Of a stretch of DNA of 64,000 bases, positions 30,108-40,631 are shown piece after piece (position 1 is the first letter of the stretch; each line of letters opens with the position of its first letter). The stretch covers positions 392,142-456,141 of the forward strand of contig CAWJNJ010000006.1 in NCBI GenBank assembly GCA_963844245.1. The letters run 5' to 3'. This stretch comes from an uncultured Acidobacteriota bacterium (GTDB taxonomy: Bacteria > Acidobacteriota > Vicinamibacteria > Vicinamibacterales > 2-12-FULL-66-21). Made by a program: the position numbers and the translations under genes. The notes beneath the pieces were generated by a model. That model did not search any database and was not told the origin of the DNA. It saw only the letters and a program-made list of their open reading frames with translations.

Positions 30108-30845
30108 GTGAAGACCCACGCGTTGATACTCGTCGTGACCATGATCGGGTTCGCGCCCCCAGCGAGCGCTCAGGATCCTCCGCCGGCAACGCCTCCACCA
30201 GTCACCCAGCCACCGGTGGTGCCGCCGCCGGTAGCCGCGGACGCCACTGCCACGGCGGCAGCGAAGCCGGCCGCACCGCCCGCCCCAGTGGCCTTGTCCG
30301 GTGAGGATGTTCGACGTCGGCTCGAAGCGATCTACTACCTGGAGTCGGGATTGATCGCCGCGGTGAAACTGGCCGCTCGTCAGACCGCAAGTGAGATCCA
30401 GCGGGTCCAGCCCGGACTGATGATGTTCAGCTCCGCGCCGGTGAAGGCCCATGGGACGTACCTGGAAGGGTACGGCGTGGTCTTTCACATCGAGATCCCC
30501 CAGGTCATTCCAAGTGTCGCGTCACTGATGGAGAGCATCGAGCAGAATCGCAATCCCGCGCAGAGGGCAGCGGTGCCAGGGCCCCCACTCAACCCCAACG
30601 CCCACTACGTGCAGTCGATCAAGACTGAACTGATCAACACCATGGTGAAGATGAGTCAGTCACTCGAGTTGCAGCCCGGTGAGACCTTGACCGTCTCCGC
30701 TCGCGATGGTTCGGAAATGCCCTCACAGGTGGCCCCGCCAAGCACCATGACCATGCAAGTGAAAGGCAAGGATCTCGCCGACTTCACCGCCGGGCGAATT
30801 ACGCTGAGCGAAGTCATCCGGCGCGTGACCGTGCGCGGATTCTAG
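30108..30845 (+). CDS. Hypothetical secreted protein with a Pro-rich N-terminal spacer
   Basis: GTG start preceded by AGGAGA. Signal peptide MKTHALILVVTMIGFAPPASA. No family recognised. Confidence 0.6.
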   Translation: MKTHALILVVTMIGFAPPASAQDPPPATPPPVTQPPVVPPPVAADATATAAAKPAAPPAPVALSGEDVRRRLEAIYYLESGLIAAVKLAARQTASEIQRVQPGLMMFSSAPVKAHGTYLEGYGVVFHIEIPQVIPSVASLMESIEQNRNPAQRAAVPGPPLNPNAHYVQSIKTELINTMVKMSQSLELQPGETLTVSARDGSEMPSQVAPPSTMTMQVKGKDLADFTAGRITLSEVIRRVTVRGF

Positions 30846-30867
30846 GGCGCTGGGCTACAATCGGCCC

Positions 30868-31341
30868 ATGTCGCACGGGCGCATCTTTGCGCTGGCCCTC
30901 GCCCTGCTGTTCACCGCGTCCTGCGCTCCGCCGGTTGACTTGAAGCAGGCGCTGCAGGTGACCGACGTCTCGGCGGGCTGGTTCGATGCCGGTTCGGTGG
31001 ACGGGCAGAACAAGCTGGTACCGAGCGTGACCTTCCGGTTGCGCGACACCTCGGGCAAGTTGTCGCGCGTCTCCCTGAACGTCATGTTCCGGTTCGTGGC
31101 CTCCGGCGTCGACAACGACGAGATCTTCAAGCAGCGGATCGACTTCACCAACGGTCAGACCGAACTCCTCACTATTCGATCCACGGCCGGCTTCACGGGC
31201 ACGCCTCCCCAGAGCCGGCTGGACATGCTCAAGAACAGCAGTTTCCAGGACATGGTCGCGGTGATCTTCGTCCGTCAGGTGTCGGCGCAGTGGCTCGAGA
31301 TGCATCGCGTGCCGATCGAGCGCCAGCTTCTTACCCGGTAA
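30868..31341 (+). CDS. Hypothetical lipoprotein
   Basis: 157-aa ORF with lipobox ALLFTASC. No family recognised. Confidence 0.6.
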   Translation: MSHGRIFALALALLFTASCAPPVDLKQALQVTDVSAGWFDAGSVDGQNKLVPSVTFRLRDTSGKLSRVSLNVMFRFVASGVDNDEIFKQRIDFTNGQTELLTIRSTAGFTGTPPQSRLDMLKNSSFQDMVAVIFVRQVSAQWLEMHRVPIERQLLTR

Positions 31342-31349
31342 CCATTCGT

Positions 31350-32777
31350 TTGGCCCATCCTCCCATCGCCACCACGACAGTCGCCGAAACGCCTGCCCTC
31401 GAGCGCCGGCTTGGCCCGCTCGATGCCGCCGCGATCATCGTCTCGAACGTCATCGGCGGCGGCATTCTGTTCACACCGCCACAGGTAGCCGCCGCCGTGC
31501 CGAACGCCTGGCTGTTCCTGGGTGTGTGGGTCGCCGGTGGCGTGCTGGCGTTTGCCGGCGCCATGGCCTACGCCGAGCTCGCAGCGCTCCGGCCCCGCGC
31601 CGGCGGCGAGTACGTTTACCTGCGGGCGGCCTATGGACGCCTGATGGCGTTCCTGACCGGATGGACATCGTTTGTGGCCGGGTTCTCAGGTGCGATCGCG
31701 GCGAGTGCGGTCGTCCTGGCTTTCTACGTCGGCCGGTTTGTGCCGGCGGCCGCCGACACCACGCCGATTTTCACCATCCCACTGCCTTACGTGCCGCTGA
31801 TCTTCTCGCGGCAATCGGCCGTGGCTCTCTCAGCCATCGCATTGATGTCCTGGGTCCACTTGCGCGGGGTGGGCCCCGGCCGCTTTGTCGGGAACATCCT
31901 CGCGGCGTTGAAGGTGTCGGCGCTGCTCATCTTCATTGCGCTCGGTCTTTCGGTGGGGGCCGGATCCTCGGCCAACCTCCAGCAGGGGGCAACCGGCGTG
32001 CCGGCGGCCGCGTGGCTGCTCGCATTGATCCCGGTGATGTTCACCTATTCGGGGTGGAACGCGGCTTCGTATGTCGCTGAGGAAATCAAGGATCCAGGCC
32101 GCAACGTCCCGCTGGCGCTCGGACTCGGCACCGCCGCCGTCATCGTGATCTACGTGCTGCTGAACCTGGTCTACCTGTTCGTGCTCCCGGTCGGGGAGCT
32201 CGCCAAGGTGCAGGGCAGCGTGCTCGATGTCATTGCCGACCGCCTGCTCGGCACCAGGGCCGGCGACATCATGGGGATTGTCTCGATCGTGAGCATCGCG
32301 GCGAGCATTTCAGCCATGACGTTTGCTGGTCCCCGCGTCTACTACGCGATGGCGCGTGACGGCCTGTTCGTGAAGCCGGCCGCCAACGTCCACCGCAAGT
32401 ACCGCACGCCGGCGGTTGCGATCGTTGCGCAGGCGGTGTGGAGCGGCCTGCTGGTCCTGTCGGGCAGCGCGCAGACGCTGACGACCTACACGGGCTTCGC
32501 GGTTGTCCTCTTTGCCGGGATCGCGGTGTCGACCTTGTTCGTGCTGCGGCGGCGGGAGCCTGATGCGCCGCGGCCATTCAGCGCCTGGGGCTATCCCTTC
32601 GCGCCTGCCGTCTTCACGATTGCCAGCGCGTTCATCGTGGCCAATGCGCTCTGGACGGATCTCTTCCGGCCGATCGCCTATGGTGGCTCGTGGGGACCGT
32701 CGGCCGCTGGGCTCGTGGTGATCGCGCTCGGTCTGCCGGTCTACTTCGTGCTCCGGTCGCGCGCGCGCAACGCGTAG
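31350..32777 (+). CDS. APC-superfamily amino acid permease (second copy)
   Basis: LGPLDAAAIIVSNVIGGGILFTP signature and about 12 TM segments. The start is uncertain: TTG 31350 lies just after the upstream stop, while the track ORF start GTG 31290 would overlap the lipoprotein gene by 52 nt. Confidence 0.82.
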   Translation: MAHPPIATTTVAETPALERRLGPLDAAAIIVSNVIGGGILFTPPQVAAAVPNAWLFLGVWVAGGVLAFAGAMAYAELAALRPRAGGEYVYLRAAYGRLMAFLTGWTSFVAGFSGAIAASAVVLAFYVGRFVPAAADTTPIFTIPLPYVPLIFSRQSAVALSAIALMSWVHLRGVGPGRFVGNILAALKVSALLIFIALGLSVGAGSSANLQQGATGVPAAAWLLALIPVMFTYSGWNAASYVAEEIKDPGRNVPLALGLGTAAVIVIYVLLNLVYLFVLPVGELAKVQGSVLDVIADRLLGTRAGDIMGIVSIVSIAASISAMTFAGPRVYYAMARDGLFVKPAANVHRKYRTPAVAIVAQAVWSGLLVLSGSAQTLTTYTGFAVVLFAGIAVSTLFVLRRREPDAPRPFSAWGYPFAPAVFTIASAFIVANALWTDLFRPIAYGGSWGPSAAGLVVIALGLPVYFVLRSRARNA

Positions 32778-33115
32778 AGCGTCAGCAGCGCCAGCGTGCC
32801 GTCGCTCGCGGCAAACAGCAGAAACGACGGCGGCGACCCGCGCAGCAGGTAGTCCGCGACGAAGAGCACGGCACCGGCTCCCTTCAGGAGCGGCCCCATC
32901 ACCCACATGTAGCCCCGGTATCGTTCCGGATCTCGCCAGGGGAGGTAATACCCTGCGCCTACGGCAAGCAGGAACAAGCCATTGAGGTCCGAAAAGATCC
33001 GTGGGCTGGCTGGCGGCACACCGAAGGCGGATGCCAGCGTGCCGGGCACTGAAAGCAGAAGGGCCCCTACGACGACGTCGTAGAGGCCCGAAATAGCGGC
33101 AACGGTAGAGAGCAC
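32741..33115 (-). CDS. Hypothetical small integral membrane protein
   Basis: 124-aa ORF with about 4 hydrophobic segments. It converges on the permease gene and overlaps its 3' end. Confidence 0.5.
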   Translation of the reverse strand: MLSTVAAISGLYDVVVGALLLSVPGTLASAFGVPPASPRIFSDLNGLFLLAVGAGYYLPWRDPERYRGYMWVMGPLLKGAGAVLFVADYLLRGSPPSFLLFAASDGTLALLTLYALRARDRSTK

Positions 33116-33123
33116 GCCGAAGC

Positions 33124-34150
33124 TTACTGGATTCTCTTCATGTCACCCTTGTAGATGACCGTCTCCCCCGGCGTGATCATTACTTCGAACTGGACCGTCT
33201 CGAAGCCGTCCGCCCGGATCTCGACCCGGTGCGCACCGGCCTCGATCTGGAGCTTCTGGAAGTTCCCGTCGAAGCTGTCCACTTCGCCGACGTAGTACCC
33301 GTCGACGTAGACCTGACCCTGGATCGGCCTGACCTTCAGACGAAGGCCGCCGATGTCCCTGGAGTTCTCCCGGCTGTAGCCACCACCGTAGCCGCCGCCC
33401 CCGCCGTAGTAGCCGCCGCCGCCGCCGTAGTAATACGGGGCGCCGTAGCCCCAGGCGTAGGGCGAGTAATAGCCCCAGAGATACGGATCGTAGAAGTAGC
33501 CGAGGCCGAAGCCGTAGCCGGCGTAGTAGTAACCGTAGGGATAGCGGCTGTAGTAGTTGTTGTACCGGTAGTAGGGATTGTAGTAATGGCCCACCTGACC
33601 GTAGGTGACTGGACGGTGTTCGTAGCGCGGTGCCAATGACCGGACGCCCTTCGCGCGGACGCGCATAAGTCGGCACCGCGCGCCGCCCGGACGCGTCGCC
33701 ACTCGGGGCACTGGCGCTGCTGCCCGGGGCCGCGGCGCGGCGCTGCTGGTCATCAGTGGTGCGGGCGTTGTCACGCGTTCCGACGTTGTCACGGTTGGCG
33801 GAGCTCGTACGCTGACCCGAGTTGTCACGTGGCGTCGCCCGGCGCTCCGGACGTGCCGGCGCAAAGTCGGTGTTGAATCCGCTCGGGACGACCGAGCCAG
33901 CATTGGCACCTGAAGTGGAAGACACGGAGGACGTTGATCCGCTCCGCGAATCCGAGTTGGAAGAGCCCGAATCGCTGCCGCCGCCCCCGCCACCGCCGCT
34001 GGCCGTTCGGCCGCTTCCGCCGCCCGAACTACCCGAACTGCTGCCGCCCGGATTCGGCCGCGCACCCTTGTCCTGAGCCAGAACCGGAGCAGTTGCCAAC
34101 GCCAGGATGGCGCCGGCGGTCACCCACGTGGTCAAGGTTCGACGGAACAT
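33124..34150 (-). pseudogene. Secreted Tyr/Gly-rich protein with a C-terminal PEGA domain; frame broken by one extra base
   Basis: ATG 34150 is preceded by GGAG. It has a signal peptide (MFRRTLTTWVTAGAILALATAPVLA) and a Ser/Gly/Asn/Arg low-complexity region in the 34150 frame. A Tyr/Gly-rich block and the PEGA domain (LKVRPIQGQVYVDGYYVGEV..GAHRVEIRADGFETVQFEVMITPGETV) lie in the 34065 frame. The junction is near 33630-33700. Confidence 0.7.
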
Positions 34151-34391
34151 AAGAAACTCCTCAGAAACCGCTGGCGGCTTGCTGGTCACCCCTATGGTGA
34201 CTGAAACCACCAGTGGCGTCAAAAGCAACGAGGCTGCCAGTGGACGAGCTCCGAATTGCTGGCAATTCACAGGCTGACGGCCCCCATGTCCTCCGGAGAC
34301 ATCAGCGTCGTCCACGCCGCGTGACAGCGCGAAGACATGCGTGGGGCCGGAGCGAGGCTCTGGTAGACTCGCATTTCGGCTCCTTTCACCC

Positions 34392-34920
34392 ATGATTCAC
34401 GCAACGACGGTCCTGGCTGTGCGCCACCGCGACAGCACCGTGATGGCCAGCGACGGCCAGGTCACCTTCGGGAACACCGTCGTCAAGCAATCGGCGCGCA
34501 AGATCCGCCGCCTTTACAACGATCGGGTGCTGGCGGGTTTCGCCGGATCCGCGGCTGACTCGTTCGCGCTCTTTGCCAGGTTCGAGGCGAAGCTGGAACA
34601 GTACCCGGGGCAACCTGGAACGGTCGGCGGTCGAACTCGCGAAAGATTGGCGAACCGACCGCGCGCTACGGCGTCTCGAAGCGATGCTCGTCGTCATGGA
34701 TCAGAAGGCCACGTACCTGTTGTCGGGCACTGGTGATCTGATCGAGCCGGATGACGGGATCATCGCGATTGGATCGGGCGGCCCTTTTGCCATGGCGGCC
34801 GCGAAGGCGCTGGCCCAGCACACCGCGCTCGACGCCCGGACGATCGCGCAGGAAGCGATGAACATCGCCGGCGCCATCTGCATCTACACCAACGAAAACA
34901 TCACGATCGAGACGCTGTAA
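34392..34920 (+). pseudogene. hslV: ATP-dependent protease subunit HslV, frame broken by one extra G in a G4 run (likely assembly indel)
   Basis: [27 protein letters not shown].. (N-terminal Thr protease) continues in the 34573 frame as ..[32 protein letters not shown]... Removing one G of GGGG 34607-34610 restores ..[16 protein letters not shown]... Confidence 0.9.
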
Positions 34921-36303
34921 GTGGCCATCCCGCTCCCCGAATCCACCACGACCACCATCGAGGCGCTGACGCCCCGGCAGATTGTCGGCGAACTCGACAA
35001 GCATGTTGTCGGACAGAATCAGGCCAAGCGCGCGGTGGCGATCGCCCTGCGGAACCGGTCCCGCCGCCAGAAGCTGCCGCCTGAGATCGCCGAAGAGATC
35101 GCGCCGAAAAACATCCTGATGATCGGTCCGACGGGTGTCGGCAAGACCGAGATCGCGCGGCGACTGGCCAAGCTCGCACAGTCGCCGTTCATCAAGGTCG
35201 AAGCGTCGAAGTTCACCGAAGTCGGTTATGTCGGACGCGACGTCGAGTCGATGGTGCGGGACCTCGTCGAAATCGCCGTCGACATGGTGCGTGACGAGCG
35301 CCGCGGCGAGGTCCGCGAAAAGGCGCGCCAGGCCGCCGAGGAGCGGGTGCTCGATCTGCTCCTGCCGCCGCTGCCGTCCACACCCGACTACGACGGCCAG
35401 GCGGCGACGATTCGCGACCAGGCGCAACGGACGCGTGAAAAGCTCCGCGAGCAGCTCCGCGAGGGACGTCTCGACGACAAGCAGGTCGAGATCGAGGTCC
35501 GCGAGAAGTCTTTCCCCTCCTTCGAGATCATCGCCGGCTCGAATGTCGAAGAAGTCGACATCAACATGAAGGACATGTTGCCGGGGCTGTTCGCCGGCCG
35601 CACCCGCAAGCGCCGGCTGCGTGTTCCGGAGGCGCTCGACGCGCTGACGCAGGAAGAGGAACAGAAGCTGATCGACATGGAGACGGTCGCGCGCGCCGCG
35701 GTCGAGCGCGTGCAGGAGGCGGGGATCATCTTCGTGGACGAAATCGACAAGGTGGCCGGCCGGGAGGGTGGCCAGGGACCCGACGTCAGCCGCGAGGGCG
35801 TCCAGCGCGACATCCTGCCCATCGTCGAGGGCACCACCGTGAATACGAAGTACGGGATGGTGAAGACGGATCACATCCTCTTCATTGCAGCCGGCGCCTT
35901 CCACGTCTCGAAGCCGTCGGACTTGATCCCCGAGCTGCAGGGCCGTTTTCCGATCCGGGTGGAGCTCGAGGCCCTCAACCGCGACGACTTCGTCCGCATT
36001 CTGACCGAGCCCAAGAGCGCGCTGATCAAGCAGTACGTGTCGCTGCTCTCAACCGAGGGTGTCACGCTGACGTTCACCGACGGTGCGATCGGCCGCATCG
36101 CGGACTTCGCGATGCTGGTGAACGAGCGGACGGAAAACATCGGCGCGCGGCGGCTCCATACGGTGATGGAGAAGCTGCTCGACGAGATCTCGTTCGAGGC
36201 GCCGGATCTCACCGATAAGGAGGTCACGATCGACGCCGGCTACGTGGATCGCGCGCTGTCGGAGATCGCCCGGAACGAAGACCTGTCGCGGTACATCCTG
36301 TGA
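34921..36303 (+). CDS. hslU: ATP-dependent protease ATPase subunit HslU
   Basis: Walker [16 protein letters not shown], Walker [10 protein letters not shown] and the I-domain insertion. GTG start immediately after the hslV stop. Confidence 0.96.
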   Translation: MAIPLPESTTTTIEALTPRQIVGELDKHVVGQNQAKRAVAIALRNRSRRQKLPPEIAEEIAPKNILMIGPTGVGKTEIARRLAKLAQSPFIKVEASKFTEVGYVGRDVESMVRDLVEIAVDMVRDERRGEVREKARQAAEERVLDLLLPPLPSTPDYDGQAATIRDQAQRTREKLREQLREGRLDDKQVEIEVREKSFPSFEIIAGSNVEEVDINMKDMLPGLFAGRTRKRRLRVPEALDALTQEEEQKLIDMETVARAAVERVQEAGIIFVDEIDKVAGREGGQGPDVSREGVQRDILPIVEGTTVNTKYGMVKTDHILFIAAGAFHVSKPSDLIPELQGRFPIRVELEALNRDDFVRILTEPKSALIKQYVSLLSTEGVTLTFTDGAIGRIADFAMLVNERTENIGARRLHTVMEKLLDEISFEAPDLTDKEVTIDAGYVDRALSEIARNEDLSRYIL

Positions 36304-37562
36304 GGCGCGGTTCGCTTCCCTGGATCCGGGCGGCGGCCGCCGTCACGGCCGTCAGCGCCCTCGTCGCGTGTGGCAAGAAGGGACCGCCACTGCCGCCGCT
36401 GCGTCCCGTGCCCGGCCCGGTGACTGAGCTCGCGGCCCGGCGTGCCGGCACCGAGGTCCGCTTCTCGTTCAAGCTGCCGCTCCAGAACATGGACGCCTCC
36501 AGGCCCGTCAGTCTCGATCGTGTCGAGGTCTTCGCCGTCACGGTGGCGCCGGATGCCGAGGTGCCGCCGAACCGCCTCCTGCTGCTTCCGAAATACCTGG
36601 TTGCGACGATCCCCATCCGTCCGCCGGCAGAGGAAGACGAGGAGGGGGAGGCGGCCGCACCAGCGCCAAAGCCAGGGGCCCCGGTTCCTGTGAAGAAGGA
36701 GGATTCGCGCCCGGCCCCAGGCGACCTGGCGACTTTCGTCGAAGAGTTGAACGAGGCCAGGCTGAAGCCGCAGGTGCTGGCAACCCCGCCGACGGCAACG
36801 GGGACGCCGGCGCCTACGACGACGGAGGCGGTGGCGAGCGCGTGGGCCGCGACGGTCGCGAAGCTGAAGGAGGCGCCGGTCATGAGCCGCGTCTACGTCA
36901 TCAGGGGCGTCTCGCGGCAGGGCAGACCCGGACAGCCGTCCGAACGGGTCACCGTGCCAGTGCTGCAGGTGCTCCCGCCACCCACTGGCGTGGCGGTGGC
37001 GGTGGCCGAATCGAAGGTGACGCTGTCCTGGTCGCCACCAACCGTTGCGGATCCTCTGGCGGCGCTTGGCGCCGCCCCCGTCTACAACGTGTATGCCGCG
37101 GCCGGTGCCACGCCGCTGAACCCGGCGCCGTTGCCACTGACCACTTTTGAGCGTGCCGGCGTCGTCTTCGGGACGGAGGAATGCTTTGTCGTCCGCACCG
37201 TTGTCACGCGCGGCAATCTGTCGATCGAAAGCCCGGCGTCAACACCCGCGTGCGTCACCGCTACCGACACGTTTCCGCCCGCGGCCCCGAAGGGCCTGTC
37301 TGCGGTCGCCAACATCGGCGCCATCAATCTGATCTGGGACGCCAACACGGAGAGCGATCTCGCCGGCTACATCGTGTTGCGCGGCGAAGTCCCGGGTGAC
37401 AAACTGCAGGCAATCACCGCCGCGCCCATCCGTGAGACCACGTATGTGGACGCCACCGCAAAGCCAGGCACCCGCTACGTCTACGTGATCGTCGCAGTTG
37501 ACCGGGCGACCCCGGCCAACACGAGTCCACAGTCGGCACGGGTTGAGGAAACCGCCCGCTAA
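36300..37562 (+). CDS. Lipoprotein with an LptM-like lipobox motif and FN3/Ig-like repeats
   Basis: [14 protein letters not shown] resembles the CGxKGPL lipoprotein-attachment motif. The C-terminal half has an FN3-like pattern ([42 protein letters not shown]). The GTG overlaps the hslU stop. Confidence 0.6.
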   Translation: MRRGSLPWIRAAAAVTAVSALVACGKKGPPLPPLRPVPGPVTELAARRAGTEVRFSFKLPLQNMDASRPVSLDRVEVFAVTVAPDAEVPPNRLLLLPKYLVATIPIRPPAEEDEEGEAAAPAPKPGAPVPVKKEDSRPAPGDLATFVEELNEARLKPQVLATPPTATGTPAPTTTEAVASAWAATVAKLKEAPVMSRVYVIRGVSRQGRPGQPSERVTVPVLQVLPPPTGVAVAVAESKVTLSWSPPTVADPLAALGAAPVYNVYAAAGATPLNPAPLPLTTFERAGVVFGTEECFVVRTVVTRGNLSIESPASTPACVTATDTFPPAAPKGLSAVANIGAINLIWDANTESDLAGYIVLRGEVPGDKLQAITAAPIRETTYVDATAKPGTRYVYVIVAVDRATPANTSPQSARVEETAR

Positions 37563-37566
37563 CCCA

Positions 37567-37616
37567 CACGGAATACACGGACGGCACGGATCTCACGGAT
37601 CACGGATCTACACGGA
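37567..37616. repeat. Six CACGGA words in 50 bp (9-bp dominant spacing)
   Basis: CACGGA occurs at 37567, 37576, 37585, 37594, 37601 and 37611, between the lipoprotein stop (37560-37562) and the FAH gene ATG (37628). Confidence 0.85.
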
Positions 37617-37627
37617 GCGACCAGACG

Positions 37628-38398
37628 ATGAGACGGTTTTTCAGGATTGAGCACGGCGGGCAGGCGCGGCATGCGATCGAAGAGCAGGGTGAGTGGCGGT
37701 TGCTCGAGGGCGACATCTTCGGCGACTACACGGCCGGGGAGGCGATCGCGTCAACCGGGCACACGCTCCTGGCGCCGGTGCTGCCGTCCAAGATCGTGTG
37801 TGTTGGCCTGAACTACAAAGACCACGCCCTGGAGACCAACAAGCCGCTGCCGCCTGAGCCGCTGATCTTCATCAAACCGTCGACATCGGTGATTGGTCCC
37901 GCCGAGGCGATCGTTCTGCCGGACGGCATCGGGCGTGTCGATCACGAAGCGGAGTGCGCCGTGGTGATCGGCCGGCGCGCGACTCGCGTCAGCGAAGCGG
38001 ACGCCATGAGCTACGTGCTCGGGATCACGTGCGTGAACGACGTCACCGCGCGCGAGCTGCAGAACAAGGGCGCCGGCTATACGCGCGCGAAAGGGTTCGA
38101 CACGTTTGCGCCGGTGGGGCCGTGTATCGCGCAGGGCCTCGACTACAACTCGGCCAACGGATTGACGGTCGAGGGCTGGGTCAACGGCGAGAAGCGGCAG
38201 GCTTCGTCCACCCGGGAGTTGATCTTCCGCATCCCGATGTTGATCGCCTACATTTCCGCCAACATGACGCTGCTGCCCGGTGACATCATCTCCACGGGCA
38301 CGCCTTCGGGTATCGGTCCACTGCATGCCGGCGACACCGTCACCATCAAGGTCGAAGGTGTCGGCGAGCTCACGAATTCAGTACGGGAACAATCATGA
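37628..38398 (+). CDS. Fumarylacetoacetate hydrolase (FAH) family protein
   Basis: 256-aa ORF with [24 protein letters not shown] and [14 protein letters not shown] blocks typical of FAH-fold hydratases and decarboxylases. Confidence 0.88.
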   Translation: MRRFFRIEHGGQARHAIEEQGEWRLLEGDIFGDYTAGEAIASTGHTLLAPVLPSKIVCVGLNYKDHALETNKPLPPEPLIFIKPSTSVIGPAEAIVLPDGIGRVDHEAECAVVIGRRATRVSEADAMSYVLGITCVNDVTARELQNKGAGYTRAKGFDTFAPVGPCIAQGLDYNSANGLTVEGWVNGEKRQASSTRELIFRIPMLIAYISANMTLLPGDIISTGTPSGIGPLHAGDTVTIKVEGVGELTNSVREQS

Positions 38399-39042
38399 AA
38401 ATCTTCATCGACTCGGGGAACATCAAGGAAATCGAAGGCCTCATGCCGCTCGGCATCATCGACGGGATCACGACCAATCCGTCGCTGCTCGCCAAGGAGC
38501 CCGGCGACTACCGGGAAAATCTCAAGACGATCTGCCGGATCGTCAAGGGGCCCACGAGCGCCGAAGTCGTCGCGCTCGACGCTGAAGGCATGATTCGCGA
38601 GGGCCGCGAGCTTGCCGCACTCGACGAGCACATCGTCGTCAAAGTGCCGTTCACGCGCGAGGGTGTCAAGGCGTGCAAGGCGCTCTCCTCTGAAGGCAAA
38701 CGCGTCAATGTGACGCTGATTTTTTCAGCCGCGCAGGCACTGCTGGCCGCAAAGGTGGGGGCGACGTATGTCAGCCCGTTCGTCGGCCGGCTCGACGACA
38801 TCGCCACCTCCGGCATGGGGTTGATCTCGGACATTGTCGAGATCTTCGAGAACTACCAGTTCACGACCGAGATCCTCGTGGCGTCGACGCGCGGGCCGAT
38901 GCACATCGTCGAAGCGGCCCGTCTCGGTGCCGACATCTGCACCTGCCCGGCGTCGGTGATCGAGGCGCTCTTCAAGCATCCGCTCACCGACATCGGCCTC
39001 GAGAAGTTCCTGAAAGACTGGGAAAAATCACAGGCGAAGTAG
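38395..39042 (+). CDS. tal: Transaldolase, short fructose-6-phosphate-aldolase-like subfamily
   Basis: 215-aa [31 protein letters not shown] (Schiff-base Lys)..[11 protein letters not shown]. The ATG overlaps the upstream stop (ATGA). Confidence 0.92.
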   Translation: MKIFIDSGNIKEIEGLMPLGIIDGITTNPSLLAKEPGDYRENLKTICRIVKGPTSAEVVALDAEGMIREGRELAALDEHIVVKVPFTREGVKACKALSSEGKRVNVTLIFSAAQALLAAKVGATYVSPFVGRLDDIATSGMGLISDIVEIFENYQFTTEILVASTRGPMHIVEAARLGADICTCPASVIEALFKHPLTDIGLEKFLKDWEKSQAK

Positions 39043-39077
39043 GCCCGACCTTGTAGGCCCGACCTTCAGGTCGGGCG
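39039..39077. repeat. Palindromic element: half copy plus full copy of GTAGGCCCGACCTTCAGGTCGGGCG
   Basis: GTAGGCCCGACCTT (39039-39052) is repeated directly at 39053-39066, then completed to the hairpin GCCCGACC-ttca-GGTCGGGC (39057-76). The 25-mer at 39053-39077 is identical to 61147-61171. It overlaps the tal stop codon. Confidence 0.9.
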
Positions 39078-39085
39078 CGAAACGA

Positions 39086-40627
39086 ATGGACACACTCAAA
39101 TATCTCGAAGATCTCGAGCGGCGGGCGGAACTTGGTGGCGGCGAAGACCGCCTGAAGAAGCAGCACGACGCCGGCAAGCTGACGGCCCGCGAGCGAGTGG
39201 ACCTGCTGTTCGATCCTGGCACCTTCCAGGAAGCCGACAAGCTCGTCACCCACCGCTGCCGCGACTTCGGGATGGATGAACAGATCATCCCGGGGGACGG
39301 CGTCGTGTGCGGGCAGGGGCGCGTCGATGGCCGGCCGGTGTTTGCCTTTGCGCAGGACTTCACCGTCTTCGGCGGCTCGCTCTCGGAGACCAATGCCGCC
39401 AAGATCGTGAAGGTGATGGACCTCGCGCTCAAGATGGGCGCACCGATCGTCGGTCTCAACGACTCCGGCGGCGCCCGCATCCAGGAGGGTGTGCTCTCGC
39501 TCGGCGGCTACGCCGACATCTTTCTGCGTAACACGCTGGCCTCCGGGGTGATCCCGCAGATCTCCGCCATCATGGGGCCGTGCGCGGGTGGGGCGGTGTA
39601 TTCGCCCGCCATCACCGACTTCAACATCATGGTCGAGGGCACGAGCTATATGTTCGTGACCGGTCCCGACGTCATCCGGACGGTGACGCACGAGGAAGTC
39701 ACCAAGGAAGAACTCGGCGGAGCCAAGACGCACAACGAGATCAGCGGCGTCGCCCACTTTGCGACGCCCGATGATCGCGAGTGCCTGCGGACGATCCGTG
39801 AGCTGCTCGGGTACCTGCCGTCCAACAACGTCGACGATCCGCCGCGGCGCGAAACGTCGGACCCCGTGGACCGGGAGGACGAAGCGCTCGAGTCGCTGAT
39901 CCCGGCCTCACCCAATCAGCCCTACGACATGCACGATCTCGTGCACATGATCGCGGACGAGGGTGCCTTCCTCGAGGTCCACCGTCACTACGCCAAGAAC
40001 ATCATCGTCGGCTTCGCGCGCCTCGGCGGACGCAGCGTCGGGATCGTCGCCAACCAGCCGGCCCATCTTGCCGGCACACTCGACATCGATGCGTCGGTGA
40101 AGGCGGCCCGGTTCGTGCGTTTTTGTGACGCGTTCAATATCCCGCTCGTCACGTTCGAAGACGTGCCCGGGTTCTTGCCGGGGACGCGGCAGGAGTACGG
40201 CGGGATCATCCGCCACGGCGCCAAGCTGCTGTTTGCGTATGCCGAGGCCACGGTGCCCAAGCTGACCGTGATCACGCGCAAGGCCTACGGCGGCGCCTAC
40301 TGCGTGATGTCCAGCAAGCACATTCGGACCGACGTCAACTTCGCGTGGCCGTCTGCCGAGATCGCCGTGATGGGCCCTGAGGGCGCCGTCAACATCCTCT
40401 ACAAGCGCGAGATCGATGCCGCCGACGACAAGGAAGCGGCACGGGCGAAGCGAGTCGCCGAGTTCAAGGAGAAGTTCGCCAATCCTTACGTCGCCGCCGC
40501 ACGCGGATTCGTCGACGAAGTGATTCGCCCGCGACAGACCCGGGCCCGGCTGATCGCCGCGCTCGCCTCGCTCGACACCAAACGGGACAAGAACCCACCC
40601 AAGAAGCACGGCAACATTCCGCTCTAG
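39086..40627 (+). CDS. Acyl-CoA carboxylase carboxyltransferase (beta) subunit, propionyl/methylmalonyl-CoA type
   Basis: 513-aa ORF with two crotonase-like CT halves ([10 protein letters not shown]; [23 protein letters not shown]). Confidence 0.92.
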   Translation: MDTLKYLEDLERRAELGGGEDRLKKQHDAGKLTARERVDLLFDPGTFQEADKLVTHRCRDFGMDEQIIPGDGVVCGQGRVDGRPVFAFAQDFTVFGGSLSETNAAKIVKVMDLALKMGAPIVGLNDSGGARIQEGVLSLGGYADIFLRNTLASGVIPQISAIMGPCAGGAVYSPAITDFNIMVEGTSYMFVTGPDVIRTVTHEEVTKEELGGAKTHNEISGVAHFATPDDRECLRTIRELLGYLPSNNVDDPPRRETSDPVDREDEALESLIPASPNQPYDMHDLVHMIADEGAFLEVHRHYAKNIIVGFARLGGRSVGIVANQPAHLAGTLDIDASVKAARFVRFCDAFNIPLVTFEDVPGFLPGTRQEYGGIIRHGAKLLFAYAEATVPKLTVITRKAYGGAYCVMSSKHIRTDVNFAWPSAEIAVMGPEGAVNILYKREIDAADDKEAARAKRVAEFKEKFANPYVAAARGFVDEVIRPRQTRARLIAALASLDTKRDKNPPKKHGNIPL

Positions 40628-40631
40628 GCAC

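Noticed and set aside
34151-34393. The upstream part of the 416-aa track ORF (33143-34393) and the 60-aa ORF 34213-34395 in the PEGA-hslV divergent spacer.
   Set aside because: A good ATG with GGAG at 34150 and a signal peptide define the PEGA gene start. The upstream extension and the small plus-strand ORFs have mixed third-position composition and no recognisable features.
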